From positions 186,001 to 250,000 of the forward strand of contig AP026128.1 in the NCBI GenBank assembly GCA_030295235.1: a DNA stretch of 64,000 bases, read 5' to 3'. Below the pieces are notes generated by a model. The model had not been told where the DNA came from and searched no databases. It saw nothing but the letters and a program-made list of their open reading frames with translations. This document shows, in pieces, positions 1-12,787 of this stretch. Within the stretch, counting starts at the first letter, position 1; every line of letters starts with the position of its first letter. Made by a program: the position numbers and the translations under genes. Source of the stretch: Fistulifera solaris. Its lineage: Eukaryota.

Positions 1-2453
1 TCATCGTTGTCCAAATCTTCAGAAGTAATTCCTGCATCCATGTCAATGACGCATGTTGGGAAATGGTTGACCAGAATTGCGCCAGTTTCAAGTAATGCAG
101 GATCCATGTACCTTCGATCATCTTTGAGGTAGTCCAGACACTGTCGAATTGTGTGATTCGGTGATCTGCAGTGAAAGCAGTGCCGAGGTAAGGGCTTGCC
201 GTCTCTACGCTTAAGGCCCAAGAGTTGATTCTAGCTGTTGCATGTGTTCCGCCTTTGGTTTGGTCCCAAAATCAAACAGACCATCGGGCGGCAATCGCTT
301 CTGCTATTGCATCGTTATTTCGACTGAGCTTGTTCTTTGAACTTGGCTCATACTCCTTTGTCATTCGTGCTGATTCCAGCGCCGATTGCTTCTTTTTTCT
401 TTGACTTACGTGGTCCCGGTTCACCATTACTGATTATTCTGTTCCCGAGTTAAGCTTGTCAGTGTAAGTTGGTGATGGATAAATGTTTTCTGATTGATAA
501 GCAAGCTTGATATCCCCAAATCCCGGGACGTCAAGTCAGCGGATAGTTGTTAAGAAACTCTGTAAGGAAGCCGGCGATCACCACTTGTCGGAACTTTTCC
601 AAACTCTTCAGAGAATTCGCGAAAACACAGAGGGTGGGATTGAGGGCCAAGTTGAGGATCTTGTAATGCGAAACAAGGTTGATGTGGCCGCAGTAGATTT
701 CCCGCATCGCTGTTCTACTGCAGGAGCAGTACAGGGACGGAGTGCTCGTGGGTTCATAAGTAACATACTCCGTCTTCTTGTGCTTTTCAGCTGCATAATT
801 TGAATTTCAAACTGCCATCGGGCATCCTTCAGCATCCTCTATTACAAAATCTAGATCTTCATTGCCTGTATCTTGCAAGCTTCGAAAGTATATGGTGAGG
901 AACCTAGCAGATTTGGTTGTTATTTCATCTCGAAATTGTCGAAGAGATTCGGCAGCCGCCATCAAAAAGTTAGAAATGGCTAGTGGAGGGGTATTAGTCC
1001 TCACTTCATGATGTAGAAGCCACTGCTGGGCCGATTCGACATGATTTGTTGAACAGAAACCATATAAAGGGAACTTGTTTCCAACTGGCACGCGTGATCG
1101 TTGAGCAACCACCTCCATTCGCCGACGTCTCCACTTATCTCTGTGAAGCCATTCACTTCAGCTAGATAGGTAAAATATAGGGGCTCCCACATAGATTCAT
1201 GTTGACTCGGTGTATTTCCAAACACAGTCCAATGAGTAGGATGAATTGTCCCAAGAACATAGATAACAATTCGGCGCACCGGTACTAAGAGTTTCGTTTT
1301 CTTCAATTTGTGGAAGCGCTTTGACAAGCTTCTTCGCAGCATCCAAGAAGGCGTTAACATCTGGAGCGCTTTGCATCTCGCTGGCATAAACCAAGCGACC
1401 GCTCTGCCCTCTCAGCGATCGTTGATTGATATTGAATAGATGGTAAATGTTTGAAGAATATGAATCAAGCAATACTTCACGGAAACAACCAGTCCATAAT
1501 GTTCTGCCAACGCTCGGACAGCGGCGAGAATGTGTCCTCGGTCAGTGAATACTGGAAACTCTTCGAAATTGAACCCAGCTTGATACATCATGAGAAGGAT
1601 ATATATCATCCCTTGCTTGTTTTCCGAGGGAATCAACCCAAAACCAAGTGGAATGTTACTTCCATTTCCATCGACCCCTATGATCGGGACTCCAATTCCA
1701 TCGTGTTCGGGTATACGGATGTGTGTTCCGTCTAAAAGATTGCAGGAATGCAGGCATTTCTAAAGAAGTGCGCGGCATTCTCAATGAACACAGTTGACCG
1801 AAAAAAGCATGAGTTCTGGTCAGTTTCTAAATTGACGGAGGCATTTGGATTTAGCTCGACATATTTCCGAAGATACTGGGCCAACAGCTCATTGTACATC
1901 AACAAATCCTTTCGGTAGACCTCACGGAAGTGTTTCTTGAGATTTGAATGCATTGTCGGGCCAACTTCGATGTCGAAACCCTCTTTCCTGAGGACGGCGT
2001 TGAGATTCTTGCGAGTAGCATGACTGTTTGGTGCCTGGAAGCATGTTTTGAAGAAGTCTTGAACAGCAGGAATGTTCTGCACTATCATTGATTTTCTGCG
2101 GCAGTCCTTTGGGAGGTCGTTTGTTGGAGTGCAAAACAAACTGTGCCTGAAGTTAGTACTAGGATGGTCGTAGCAATCGAAGTTCGCCGTTTTCTTCCTT
2201 GAACTTAAGTGAGAACGTTTTGCAGCAAGTGCACACGTAGCAAGGGCTTTCTCCGTGCTTGCTGACATCTCGTAAGAGCTTTCGATCGTACACAAAAGCG
2301 ATGCTGCGGAGAAGCTCCTCGTGATCATCCTCAGGGATCGGTTTGTCATAGAGAAACTTTTCAAAATCATACGGACCGGTTGGAGGAAGTGCCCCATATT
2401 TTTGCATAATCGTGACGAATGATCGCCGCCTCCTTCGTTTCAATGATCGACAT
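1..2453 (-). CDS. MULE transposase with C-terminal CCHC zinc knuckle; multiple frameshifts, 3' partial
   Basis: Joined frames give N-terminal CxC...HxxxC (YVCTCC...RHSLFC), then NPNASVNLETD...FFR, (L)DGTH, GVDGNG, TDRG, CLIH (CxxH) and TNHVES. This is the DDE layout of MULE transposases. CFHCRSPNHTIRQC lies at about 140-181. Confidence 0.8.
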
Positions 2454-2753
2454 GTTAATGTTGTAAAAGAGCAACAGTAGGAACGGAAGGGCAACTATGA
2501 CAATAAGGAATGCAGCGTTCTGATCATCTTGTCGGCAGTCGGAACGGAACAAACGCACAACGCGAACGATTGTGCGGTTATTGTGCGTGACCTAAGTAGA
2601 ACTAATGATGGATGGAAGGCCTTTAAGTAATTAGTACCACATCCAATGGCGCGTACTCTACTGTAAAGTTGAATGTAGTCAGTTAACGTCTCTCCTAACG
2701 GGAGAGCTATCGGAAGAGGTTCACCCTGGTTGGAGACCTAACGGAAGTCTCCC
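1..2753 (-). mobile_element. Mutator-like (MULE/MuDR) DNA transposon, truncated by the left window edge
   Basis: Transposase fragments lie on the minus strand. A candidate terminus GGGAGACTTCCGTTAGG starts at 2753 (minus), with a repeated CCG(T/A)TAG subterminal motif at 2694-2745. The other end is outside the window, so TIR and TSD cannot be confirmed. Confidence 0.7.
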
Positions 2754-3256
2754 ATTTACGATGAACGATGACTCGATTTGCTTCACGAAAAAAAACATCA
2801 CCGAATCTTATTAATTTCGACATTAGTCTTATTTTTTCATCTTTGAACTAAATTTGTAGTATTATGATCATTTTTGGGTATTTAGTAGCTACTTATTTCC
2901 TATTTGCGTGTCGAAAGTACCTATTATTTGTGCTCTTGTTGTTTCGGCGGAGGTTGATGAGCCCCCTCGTACATTGTACATTGTCCGTAATAAGGGATGA
3001 CAACAGGCCCAACGAATATATACTTTATCAATCCTGTAACTGGTATGGTGCTGTCTCCTACTTATATTGTAAATGGTACTGCTGCCTTTAATAGACATTT
3101 TTGTCCCGTCCATCCATAATGTAGAAGGGCAAAGAGAAGCGGGTATGCTTCGTTCGTCATTCGCAATAATCCTCTTTCAATGTCATACAAAAGACAACGT
3201 AGGAATACCGTTAAAGATCCAGTCCTGGGCACTACCATACGCCCCATTCGCTTATT

Positions 3257-3821
3257 CTATAGTTCGACATAAACATGTTTATGAAAAATCGTATGCAGTT
3301 TATGCAAGTTTATACAAGTTTATGCAAGAATATGCAGTTTATCGTCTGTCCCTCGTCCCGCTCTCACCAGCAGAGGTTATCCCATCTTTCAATGATTGTA
3401 AACGTATCTAAGCATCTTAAATTGCTGCACATTTGCATGGTTAACAACTGTCTTGATGATGAGGTTTGAATCTCGGAGTAGTTTATGCGCCCTTCCAAGT
3501 TTTTATCAGCGTATCTATATTTAAAGAACTTTTAATTGATCTGAAACCCGGCTATCCATAGCATAACGAATGATTTTGAGAACATTCAAACTATTCATGT
3601 CACGGTTGTGTGGCCGGTTCATTGCTTAGGGCTTCGATAACCATGATTTGGTTGCTCTTTAATGACTCACGCACGCACACAATGCACGCACAAACCCGTA
3701 CCACGTACAGACGCTATAGACATAAACAGGTTTATGAAAAATCGTAAACGTATAAACACGTTTATAAACCGTTTATGCAGTTTATGTTTATTGACCAAAA
3801 TAAACATGTGTCGAACTATAG
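3257..3821. mobile_element. 565-bp non-autonomous element (MITE) with 13-bp TIR and 6-bp TSD
   Basis: TIR CTATAGTTCGACA at 3257 and its reverse complement ending at 3821. CTTATT is duplicated at 3251-3256 and 3822-3827. GTTTATG/ATAAAC subterminal repeats occur at both ends. Confidence 0.8.
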
Positions 3822-4314
3822 CTTATTCGCTCGCACGCCTCACCGCACGTGTCCGACGTCCGACCCCCACTTATTAGGATTAGGAGCAACAAAGAACAAA
3901 GAACAGAGGATAAACACCACTGTAAACTGTAACGCTTCGTGCGTCTCGTACTAAGTACTAATTACAGCCCAAAGTCTCGGCTTTTGTCCATATTTCGCCG
4001 ATAGCGCCCTTGTGACCTGTCAGAAATACCCCGACGCCGGATAATGATCAGAATTAGTACAAACAAGACCACTTATTAACTATATTTTCTATGCATGAAA
4101 GTGTAAGTTTGAAACCCGAACACTGGCTATACGCGCAACCTCAACCCAACACCAAAGGTCCTTCCCCAGTCAAAAGCGAAAATAGACCCCCTTTGGAATT
4201 TGAGGGGCCAATAATCATCTTCAGGCCTGGCGCACTTGTCCGAATTCCAAACCAATTGCAGTCATAATAATCGATCCTTTCCTTTAACAAGCAAATACCT
4301 CCACCGAATTTAAC

Positions 4315-5292
4315 ATGTCGGTCGATTCAGCAAAGGCATCCACATACCGAGATTTTCTCTTCGAAGATCTCGCCAAGATCAAGAAAGAGCTCAACATGAC
4401 CGATGGTAAGCGAAAGGGCCCACGAGGTGGTGTTACGGATCCCTTTCCTGCCAGGCTACACGAAATGCTTGAAGATACTCTGTTCGATGGGCAGGATCAT
4501 ATCATTTCGTGGCAAGTACATGGACGATGCTTCAAGATTCACGACTTCGACGTGTTTGCTCGAGAGCTTCTACCAAAATTCTTCCGCCAGACGAAGTTCA
4601 GTTCGTTCAAGAGACAGATGAACTTGTACGGCTTCCGAAAAGTATTATCAGGAACAGATTGTGGTGCCTACTACCACGAACTTTTCCTCCGCGGAAGACC
4701 CGACCTTGCCATGATCTTGCGTCGTGTTGGCGGAAAGAGCACTGACGGCACAGCGTGGCGTCCATTCCAGGGCGAAGAGGATCCCGATTTCTACACTCTT
4801 CCGTTCTGCCCGGAGCTCGCTCGCAGTGTAGCTGTCGTGTCAGACGGTTCCATTCAATCCTCGCCCAGTGAAGCGAGCCTCACGAAGCCTACAAATCAGC
4901 AGTCTTTCGAAAGAAGCAACGCAGAGGCACCACTTCTCTCGTTTCTACGGGGACACCACAAGATGACAGGGCAGCTGTCTGAGTTCCCACGAAACATTCC
5001 GAAAGATTTGTCCTATCCGACACCGTTCGAGTTTCAGACAAATTCATTCCGCATGCCATATGTAACAACACCGGTGGTCTCACAAGGGTATGGGCAAGGA
5101 CAACTGTACTATCCAGGGGAATATGGGCCAGTCTTCTCTTCAAGAGTTCCGATGACACAAGAGCGAGCTCCGGTTTCGTTTGAAGAAGTCTTCCATGAAC
5201 CCGTAGCAAACGATGCAGAGGAATTTGAGAATTCAGCTGTTGAACTTCTATGGGCATTTGATGAAAACAGATTCCCTCAAAATTGCAGTTAA
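4315..5292 (+). CDS. HSF-type DNA-binding domain transcription factor
   Basis: FPARLHEML...IISWQVHGRCFKIH...FFRQTKFSSFKRQMNLYGF...YYHELFLRGRPDL is a canonical HSF DNA-binding domain. The ORF is intact (325 aa). Confidence 0.93.
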   Translation: MSVDSAKASTYRDFLFEDLAKIKKELNMTDGKRKGPRGGVTDPFPARLHEMLEDTLFDGQDHIISWQVHGRCFKIHDFDVFARELLPKFFRQTKFSSFKRQMNLYGFRKVLSGTDCGAYYHELFLRGRPDLAMILRRVGGKSTDGTAWRPFQGEEDPDFYTLPFCPELARSVAVVSDGSIQSSPSEASLTKPTNQQSFERSNAEAPLLSFLRGHHKMTGQLSEFPRNIPKDLSYPTPFEFQTNSFRMPYVTTPVVSQGYGQGQLYYPGEYGPVFSSRVPMTQERAPVSFEEVFHEPVANDAEEFENSAVELLWAFDENRFPQNCS

Positions 5293-5674
5293 TAGTCACA
5301 ATCTCACCCAGTGTTTAATATCTTCCGGAACGAACGTATCATAAGCATTTCAGTTTCTTCGTTATTGCTCAGACTAAATAATGCAGTTCACAAAAATTTT
5401 ATCATGCATTCGCAGTTTCGTACTGTACTATTCAGTCCCGGGACGTGCACTCACTAGTTAGCGCTGACGATCGTCACTCAACGTCCGGTCCGCCGCGGTG
5501 TACAAAACTAAAGAGGACAAGCTGACAGACGACCTTTACCTCCACCTCTTTTATAACCTTATAAAAAAAATGAGAAACTCGGCGACCGCGCGAGTCGCAT
5601 TACTTCAAGGTCAACTTCGCTGAAGTGCTTCCGACACAAGACACGCCAATTAATAAAGACCCTTTCCACCCGCA

Positions 5675-6453
5675 ATGTCATCGTTTCGGTCATTGCTACT
5701 ATTTCTTCTGTCGCGGATGTCGCTGATCGGCAGAAGCTCCGCCTTTTCTGTTTTAGAAATGGCCAGCGCCCTCCCCGACACGACGTCTCATTTTTGCAGC
5801 ACACGGCCGCAACATACCAGGAGGCTTTACAGCAGCATCCCCTCGTCACAAAAATGATAACCGGAGGTACATTGGCCACTTGTGGTGATGCGATTGCGCA
5901 GTCGCAAAATGCCCTCGAACCATACGACAAACGCCGCGCTGTTTCCTTCATGCTATTTGACATGTGCTACCGTGCGTTGCAGCATACAGCCTTTCCTGTT
6001 TTGGCCGTTCACTGCCAAGGGCAATACTTGGGAGAATTACTGCAAGGCACACCACTGATAGTGAATGCGGAGTATCTCGCGGCAATGGAACGCACGTTAG
6101 CGAGTCAACTGGGCATCGTCCCCTTCATCTATTATCCTGTTTTTTACGCACTGACGGCGTTGGTGCAAGACCTTTCGCCACAGGCGGCTGTGGACCGAGC
6201 CCGTGAAACCTTCGTTCCGCTCATGAGCAAGAACTTGAAGTTCTGGATTCCGGTGCAGTTCATTCAATTTGGATTTATTGAAGAACATTGGCAAATACCT
6301 TTCTTATCGGCGGCTGGATTGTGTTGGACATTCCTGTTGTCGCTTGCTGCCGGCTCGACCAGAACATATCAAGAAAAAGATTCTGTGTCCTATCTCGCTG
6401 ATAGCAACAAAGCATTCCCTGGTTACACCGCTCGTGCCTCCGCTTCCTCTTAG
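5675..6453 (+). CDS. Mpv17/PMP22 family membrane protein, probably plastid-targeted; 1-nt frameshift near 5791-5795
   Basis: Family motifs HPLVTKMITGGTLATCGDAIAQ, YDKRR and NLKFWIPVQFIQF. The upstream frame from 5675 supplies a signal peptide ending in SSAF and is joined by adding one T to TTTTT. Confidence 0.85.
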
Positions 6454-7113
6454 AGCTTCGATCATTTTCTACGGTCTCGCTGTATACTACCTTGTAGATT
6501 CGCGACGCATTTAAGTCGCTAGTTTTTCTTGTCACTAAATATTTAAAATTTGGGAGACTAATTTAGGCACTACGCATTACTTTTAGACGTTCATTTTCTA
6601 GAGCTCTAGAGTAGCTAGAGCGACCTTGATTCTCACTATAGCTTAGATAGTACTTACACTTACGTGAATTGCCGATTTTCGAATCGAATTTGAATGTCAA
6701 GCAAGTCCCGGTCAAGGTACTCAAATAGTATAAGAGCAAAACCGCACGGTACAGCGCTTCATCAGCGATCCAAACTCAAAACTGCCCCGATCCGCTTCGC
6801 CGAAACGGACGCGATGGCTCCGTTTTCATCATGAATGAGATGGTTTTCACAAATAAACTGGTTCATATAAAGCGTTACTCTCCATGAAACTTCTTCACGA
6901 TTTAACGATTAATCACATTGTAACACAAATCTAAGTTTCGCTTTTGCACGAATACTTTTGTGAACGATGAAGCGCAAGCTGAATGCCTCCGATGAATGCT
7001 CCAAGGCAACCGCCACAACTGCCGGACTGACGTTCGCCAGTCATTCTCTGAGTTCGCCTCCCGCGGACGAATCGCGTTGCTAAGTTGCCTTTTGCGAGCA
7101 AACCGCTCGGGAA

Positions 7114-8102
7114 ATGACGGAGTTGGTAAACTATTGGCAAGCTGTCGAATCGGCACAAAGGAGCGTTCGCCCGTGCCCTCGGCTCCGGTGGGGAATTCCT
7201 TATTTGCGTGGAGCGACGACGAGGATGATTCCACCATCTCATTTGATAGCAACTTACAACGTAAGCTGTTTTCTGACGAAGAAGAAGACGAGGAATATCA
7301 AGAGCAGGTACCTGTAAAAGCTTCATTTGCTGAGATCATCGCTGAGCCATCCGATTCAATCGTCAGAGAAGATCAGGCATCAACAATGGCCGCAGAAATA
7401 TCATTGCAAACTCGCCATCTGAGCTCCGAGCTTAGTGATGAGTCACAGCCTTCCACTCCATCATCGCTAGACGAGACGTCATCGCTACCATCGGAAATAC
7501 ACGTATGCAGCGCCGAAACTTCGCCCGATTGGCTAGGCAGCAAAGAAGAAAAGAAAATTGTACAAAATATTCGCGCCGCATCACAACAGCAAACACAACA
7601 AGTCAATCAAGTTACTCAACGGACCGCTGAATTGGAACAACAAGTCCACACTACATTGATGAACTCTCCCTTGTTCCAAAGATACAATCGGCGTTCACCT
7701 TTTCAGAAACAACGACAAGATGTTTTACGGGCCATTGATGTGGCGCTCGATCAGCAAGCCAGCAGCCCCATAAGTTCGTCATTTCCCAGGTGCTGGCAAG
7801 ATCAGTGTGACTTGTGGCTACGGTATGGAGGGCATCGACTAGAGGACAAATTACATTTGGGTCTCTGGGAATGGGTGCCTCTGGAGTGGCTGACAATTTA
7901 CTACTATTTATGGGCAAAGCCTTCAGCGCAGACGCGATGGACGGTTTTGTTCGTCTTGGGATTCACCCTCATAATTTTATGGTGCAATCTCCCTAGATCA
8001 AAGGCTGCAACAAGTTCTCTCGTGCACTTCTCTAACAAAATCATATTTGCAACAAACTATCCAACGAAGGATGTTTATGTCTCAGAGGATTGGCTATTAT
8101 GA
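7114..8102 (+). CDS. Hypothetical protein with acidic/Ser-rich region, coiled coil and C-terminal transmembrane segment; start uncertain
   Basis: Long open frame 6996-8102. Probable ATG at 7114 in another frame. Hydrophobic stretch WTVLFVLGFTLIILWC. Confidence 0.55.
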
Positions 8103-9106
8103 CCGACCGAGTATTTGGCGGCATTGCGCAAAGATTTAGCAACATTCTCTGACGAAATGTGTTTTCAAAGGAAACCGTACGAATAATTATAAAAATATTT
8201 GAGGCTATTGCTATGTGTCTTTTTTTAAATTGCTGTAGATTTTTAACAAGTAAGATTTTAAATGCACACGTCTACAACAAGTCAAAAAACTAAGGTTAGG
8301 ATCGTCGCCCTAGTTAGCGGAAGTGTGGCGTGCGTCGTCAGATGTCAACGTCAGCCTGACGTACTCATTAGTGTGAAATGAGAACCGCTCTCGCGTTTCG
8401 CGCGCGAGGCGAAGGGCGAAGATCTTTCATCTTTGAGCACGCCAGCTCCGTCACCCTGAAAGCGGCTTCCAGTTTGCTAATCGCGAATAGTGTTCTACAA
8501 CATACGTTATAGTCATTTTGTTGAGAAGTCATTTTTTCCACTGAAATCTTGGAGTGATTTCCCGCCATCCGCTCCGCCTAAATACTCTTACGTTAGATAG
8601 AGCGCTGAATAATCGAAGTATCACATATTTTGTACAGATTCCGTCGGGTAAGCTCGATAATGATGTATATGTGAATACCGTTTTGCGAGCATAACCGCGT
8701 CTCAACGCTGAAGTCTTCTCCTAAGTATCTCACGTTGAAAGTCCTGTTTGTGTAGGATGAGTATTATTTCCAACTCCAGGGCGGCATGCCGCGAAGCGAG
8801 AAGTGCTGGCTTCCGCGTACGGTGGCCTTTGATAGATCCAAAAACTCCGCCCTCGGCGTTGACCGAGCTTACGGCTCGAAACAGGGAAAGTCAGTTCATC
8901 TTTTTCATCATATTGTTACCATTCTCGTCTCTTTGATCAACTCAACGAGACCACTGCCTTAGGAGGAGACGAAGAAGCAGCTTACCTCATTGTTCTTGGG
9001 GGCCTTTTGGGGTCTCGATTGCCGAGAGCGAGGCGACCGCAGCAAAGAATTACGCTGACAATAATAATACATAACAATATCGGACTTACAATCTGATCAG
9101 TCAATC

Positions 9107-10740
9107 ATGAGCTCTCCTAATAAAGATACCTCTCGAAAACGCTCACGAGATGATGAAGAGGACGATAGAAAGGAAGAAGGCGCGGAAGGTGAGGAAGAAA
9201 GGAACAAGGGCGAGCGTTCGGATCAATTAAAGGCAGCGGAAGCTAAGGAAACAGGAGAGGGATATTCAGAGGCTGCACCTCAAGGAACAACCCCTGCATC
9301 AACACCGGGGCCGGCAGTGTCAACGGCACACGGAGCACCACCACAGGCTTCTACGCCGGTACGAGGAGGCCCCCACCGCCGCAGCATCTTGGGCATCATC
9401 ATCCACCTTATCCTCCACCGTACTATCCGCATCCTTACCCGACGCCACCTCCACATGGGCATCACCCACAGGATCCGAATGCGTACCCACCGCCGCCCCC
9501 TCGCGGTTACGAGCACTATCCTCCTTATCCTGGATATTATATGCCGCCTCCGCACCATTATTACCCTCCTCCTTACCCATACGGACCTCCCCCGCCGCAT
9601 CATCACCATCACCCGCCGCCGTATTATCCTGATCCAAACGGACCCCCTCCGCCGAGATACGGTGGAGAAGAAGGCCCGATGTCACCGTATGCACCACGAA
9701 TTAAGGAGGAATCTAGTAGCCAACGGGCCCATGCACTGGAAGCTTCGCGCAATGATGAAGAGGACGATGATGATGATATCAACGAGGACGACGAGAATGA
9801 TGCAGTGACGGCTAGGCTAAAGACATACATCAAACCCCGCGTTCCTACTACTCAGGATGTTTTGGATCGGCGTCAAAGAAAGAATGCACAGTCAAGATCG
9901 CGGGCTGCTAAATTGCGTACTAGAATAATGGACATTGAAATGAAACCCGAGAGTGAAAGAACAGGCGAGGAGTTGCGAATTTGGCAGCAATATGAAGCGC
10001 GGCGACAGAGGAAAAATGATCGATCAAGAGAGCGTGCGCTCGAAAAGAAAGAAGAAATTGATCGCATCCTTGGGAAGCCCGAGAAGAAAAGGTCGAAGAT
10101 TGAGCGGCAGTTTCTTGAAACGGCGCTCTCGGCTAAGCAACGAAAGAACGAAGGTGACCGCCTGCGTCGCCAGCGCTTGAAAGACTTGGGAATTTCGTCG
10201 AAAGGTACCGGTGTAAAGCCAAATGTCAGTGCACGCGGACCACTGCCACCTCAGTACCAGCACGCCATGTCTCGTCAGCATCCTTACATGCATGTTATGC
10301 CTCCACCAGGCCACCACCATATGCAAGACATTCCCATGTCACCGCTGCCGACTATGCCGCATCACCACCATCATCATGGAATGGCATCGCCGGGCGGATT
10401 TGGTTCTCCCGGAATGATGCCTTACCCGAGCCCGCGCTCCCGGTCCCTGATGAACACTCCATCGCGTCCACCGGGACCCAATTCCATGCCGTATATGCCT
10501 CCTCCGCAACACTACGATCATCATTCGCCTGATAGAGGACAGCATGCGTCTCGGGTTGAACAGAGACGAAACCCCGATGGCTCGATGAGTATTTCTATCG
10601 GCGGTGGACGCCCGGGAGAGCGATCCTATGCCGGTGACACCCGTGGAGCCGAAGTGGGTGGTCTTTTGTTGGAAAGTGAAAATGGCTATAACGATGATTC
10701 TCAAGGCGACGGCGATAACCAGGAGGATAAATCGGAGTGA
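9107..10740 (+). CDS. Pro/His/Tyr-rich nuclear-type protein with three basic helical repeats; frameshift near 9370
   Basis: N-terminal RKRSR. One extra C in the C-run at about 9370 joins the 9107 ORF to the PPPHHYYPP frame. Repeats RRQRKNAQSRSR, RRQRKNDRSRER and AKQRKNEGDRLRR. Confidence 0.75.
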
Positions 10741-11016
10741 TTTGTTTATTTGCAGATTGATGTTTGTGGACGAGACAGAACTTTTAGGCGTTGTTGGACG
10801 AGCGTAAAAGAATAGGAAAATGTAATTTATGTTAGAAGTGTGATTTCTTTCTGTTGAAGCATCATCGGTGCCTCTTATTTAGCTAGTAGCATAGATACCA
10901 CGAGTCATTTATCTCGAGAGATTGTTGACTGGATTGTTTTGTTTCATTTTTCAATTTTGTATTCTCCCCTGGATCTAACGAAACGAATAAGTAGAGCATA
11001 GTCAAAGATAACTCTC

Positions 11017-11265
11017 TCAGTAGACGATGCGATGACACTTACCGATAAGACGTTCAAGCTCGTACGGAAGAAACTTCCTTCGTACCGTCAGTATGATTCC
11101 TTTGAACAGGAGGAACGATAAACCGAGAAACCAGAGCAAGCGAGATGCGACTAAGATCATCTGCGACGGTGTTTTGAGGTGCAATGAGGATGCTTCTTCT
11201 GTTTCGTTGTCTAGCGGCGGTAGGTTCATTATGAAACCTGTTATAGTCAGTGGAGCATATTTCAT
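11017..11265 (-). CDS. Possible small single-transmembrane protein (82 aa)
   Basis: ATG-started ORF MKYAPL... with hydrophobic LLWFLGLSFLLFKGIILTV. No family recognised. Confidence 0.3.
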   Translation of the reverse strand: MKYAPLTITGFIMNLPPLDNETEEASSLHLKTPSQMILVASRLLWFLGLSFLLFKGIILTVRRKFLPYELERLIGKCHRIVY

Positions 11266-11645
11266 GGTTATAATTTGTTTTGTTGGGTTTCTTATTTCTG
11301 TTTCTCGTCGTTGGGGTTGAATAAATGATCCTTGACGTCCCGGTTCGCAATGAGATAGTTCGGGTTTTTGAAAATAATGTGGTTGGGATTTTGGATCACA
11401 AAATTGTGTACCCTCAACGGAAAAGAACAAGAACGCTGATTAAGCATAATTTGTCGCATAAGTTTAGATATACTCTACGTGCTTGTGTAGTCTGTTTCGT
11501 CCGTGAAAAAACACTCGCAGCAACAATAAAACAAGCACGATGATGACGAGTAAACGATTACATCAATATTCACTGAAGTGGGCTAAATATGACTACATTT
11601 CTCTATCCTTTGGGCCCAGTATACCCTCTGCACACGCAATGAGGC

Positions 11646-12787
11646 TTACTTGTACATTTGATCATGCGCGTTGGCCACGCTTGTAGGAGGAACGGCGGCA
11701 ATTCCTTCGTCATCGACGACGACGGCACCTCTTCCGCTTTCCTCATTATCTTCTTCCGAGTAATCGATTTCTTGTTCGTTATGTTTGGCGTAATCATCTT
11801 CCGAATAATCGTGGCTGGGCTTAGCAGCACCGAACAAACGGTACACAGCCGACGCTACCAGTCTAGCCGCGAGAAAGAATGAGGCCCACGAGAAGAAGTA
11901 GAGGGTACTGAACGTAGGAGCCGGTGCATGATTTGAGAACGTAATGAAGGCGACACCGAAGCCCCAAGCTGTGAGGATGGCAATGGAAAGTACCGTTTCC
12001 ACGAGACCTAAACGTGTCGGCAAGCACAGATCCCACATCATCCACAAAAACGCCAAGAAGCCACCAATAGCGCCCAACCAAATGGCGTACTGGAGACGGG
12101 CACACATGGTCGTGTCTTCGTCATCACACAACATGTCTTCGAATTGATGAGAAGCGGACATCATGACAATCAGACTGGAAGCCACGAATGCACCCCAATG
12201 AACAAAGCTGCTGCTATTCTTGTCGTTGCGAGCCACGTCTCGATCGAAGAAAGTACGGAGGGATCCCACCAGAACAACCACGGCGGCAATCAATCCCAAC
12301 CAAGGGAACAGAAACAAATTAGCGTTCACGATTTGACCAAATTCACCCGCGGTGGCTACCGTGTTCTTCGGATTCACAATTGCGGGCATGACGGCCGCCC
12401 AGATTCCTACCGTCAGGAAAGCCTGGTCAAAAGCGAACGAAAATAAAATGAGTAAGCGTTACGTGTTCAAAGATGATGCAACAAGTCTCTGTAGGCGTCA
12501 TGAGAACTTACCAGCACGCATTCGAGCATGTTCCCAGTGAAGTGATGTCGCAGAAACAGAGCCGTCAGGAATCCAAAGAGTGACAAACCGAGGGCACAAA
12601 GAATGGCGGAACCAATCCATTTGATGTTCTTGGGCTGGTTTTTGATGTCCGACAACCCATCGAGGTGCACGGCTTTGGCCGCTGCCACTAAGGCAATTAG
12701 CGCAAAAGCGGTCGCCATGAACCAGCTCGTGTGCTGGCTATCGACCTCGCTGCTGAGCTCATTGCGTGTCGAATGATAGTAAACCAT
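11646..12787 (-). CDS. Multi-pass membrane protein (about 8 TM) with acidic tail, tandem paralog A; one intron at 12423-12511
   Basis: A GTAAG...CAG intron joins ORFs 12467-12787 and 11646-12389 in frame. Motifs NANLFLFPW and TLYFFSW suggest an internal two-fold 4-TM repeat. Confidence 0.85.

Noticed and set aside
2601..2646. Possible pseudoknot or ribozyme (ACTAAT/ATTAGT and TGGATG/CATCCA)
   Set aside because: The stems are only 6 bp and there is no hammerhead or HDV core. The site lies in the MULE subterminal region and is likely chance.
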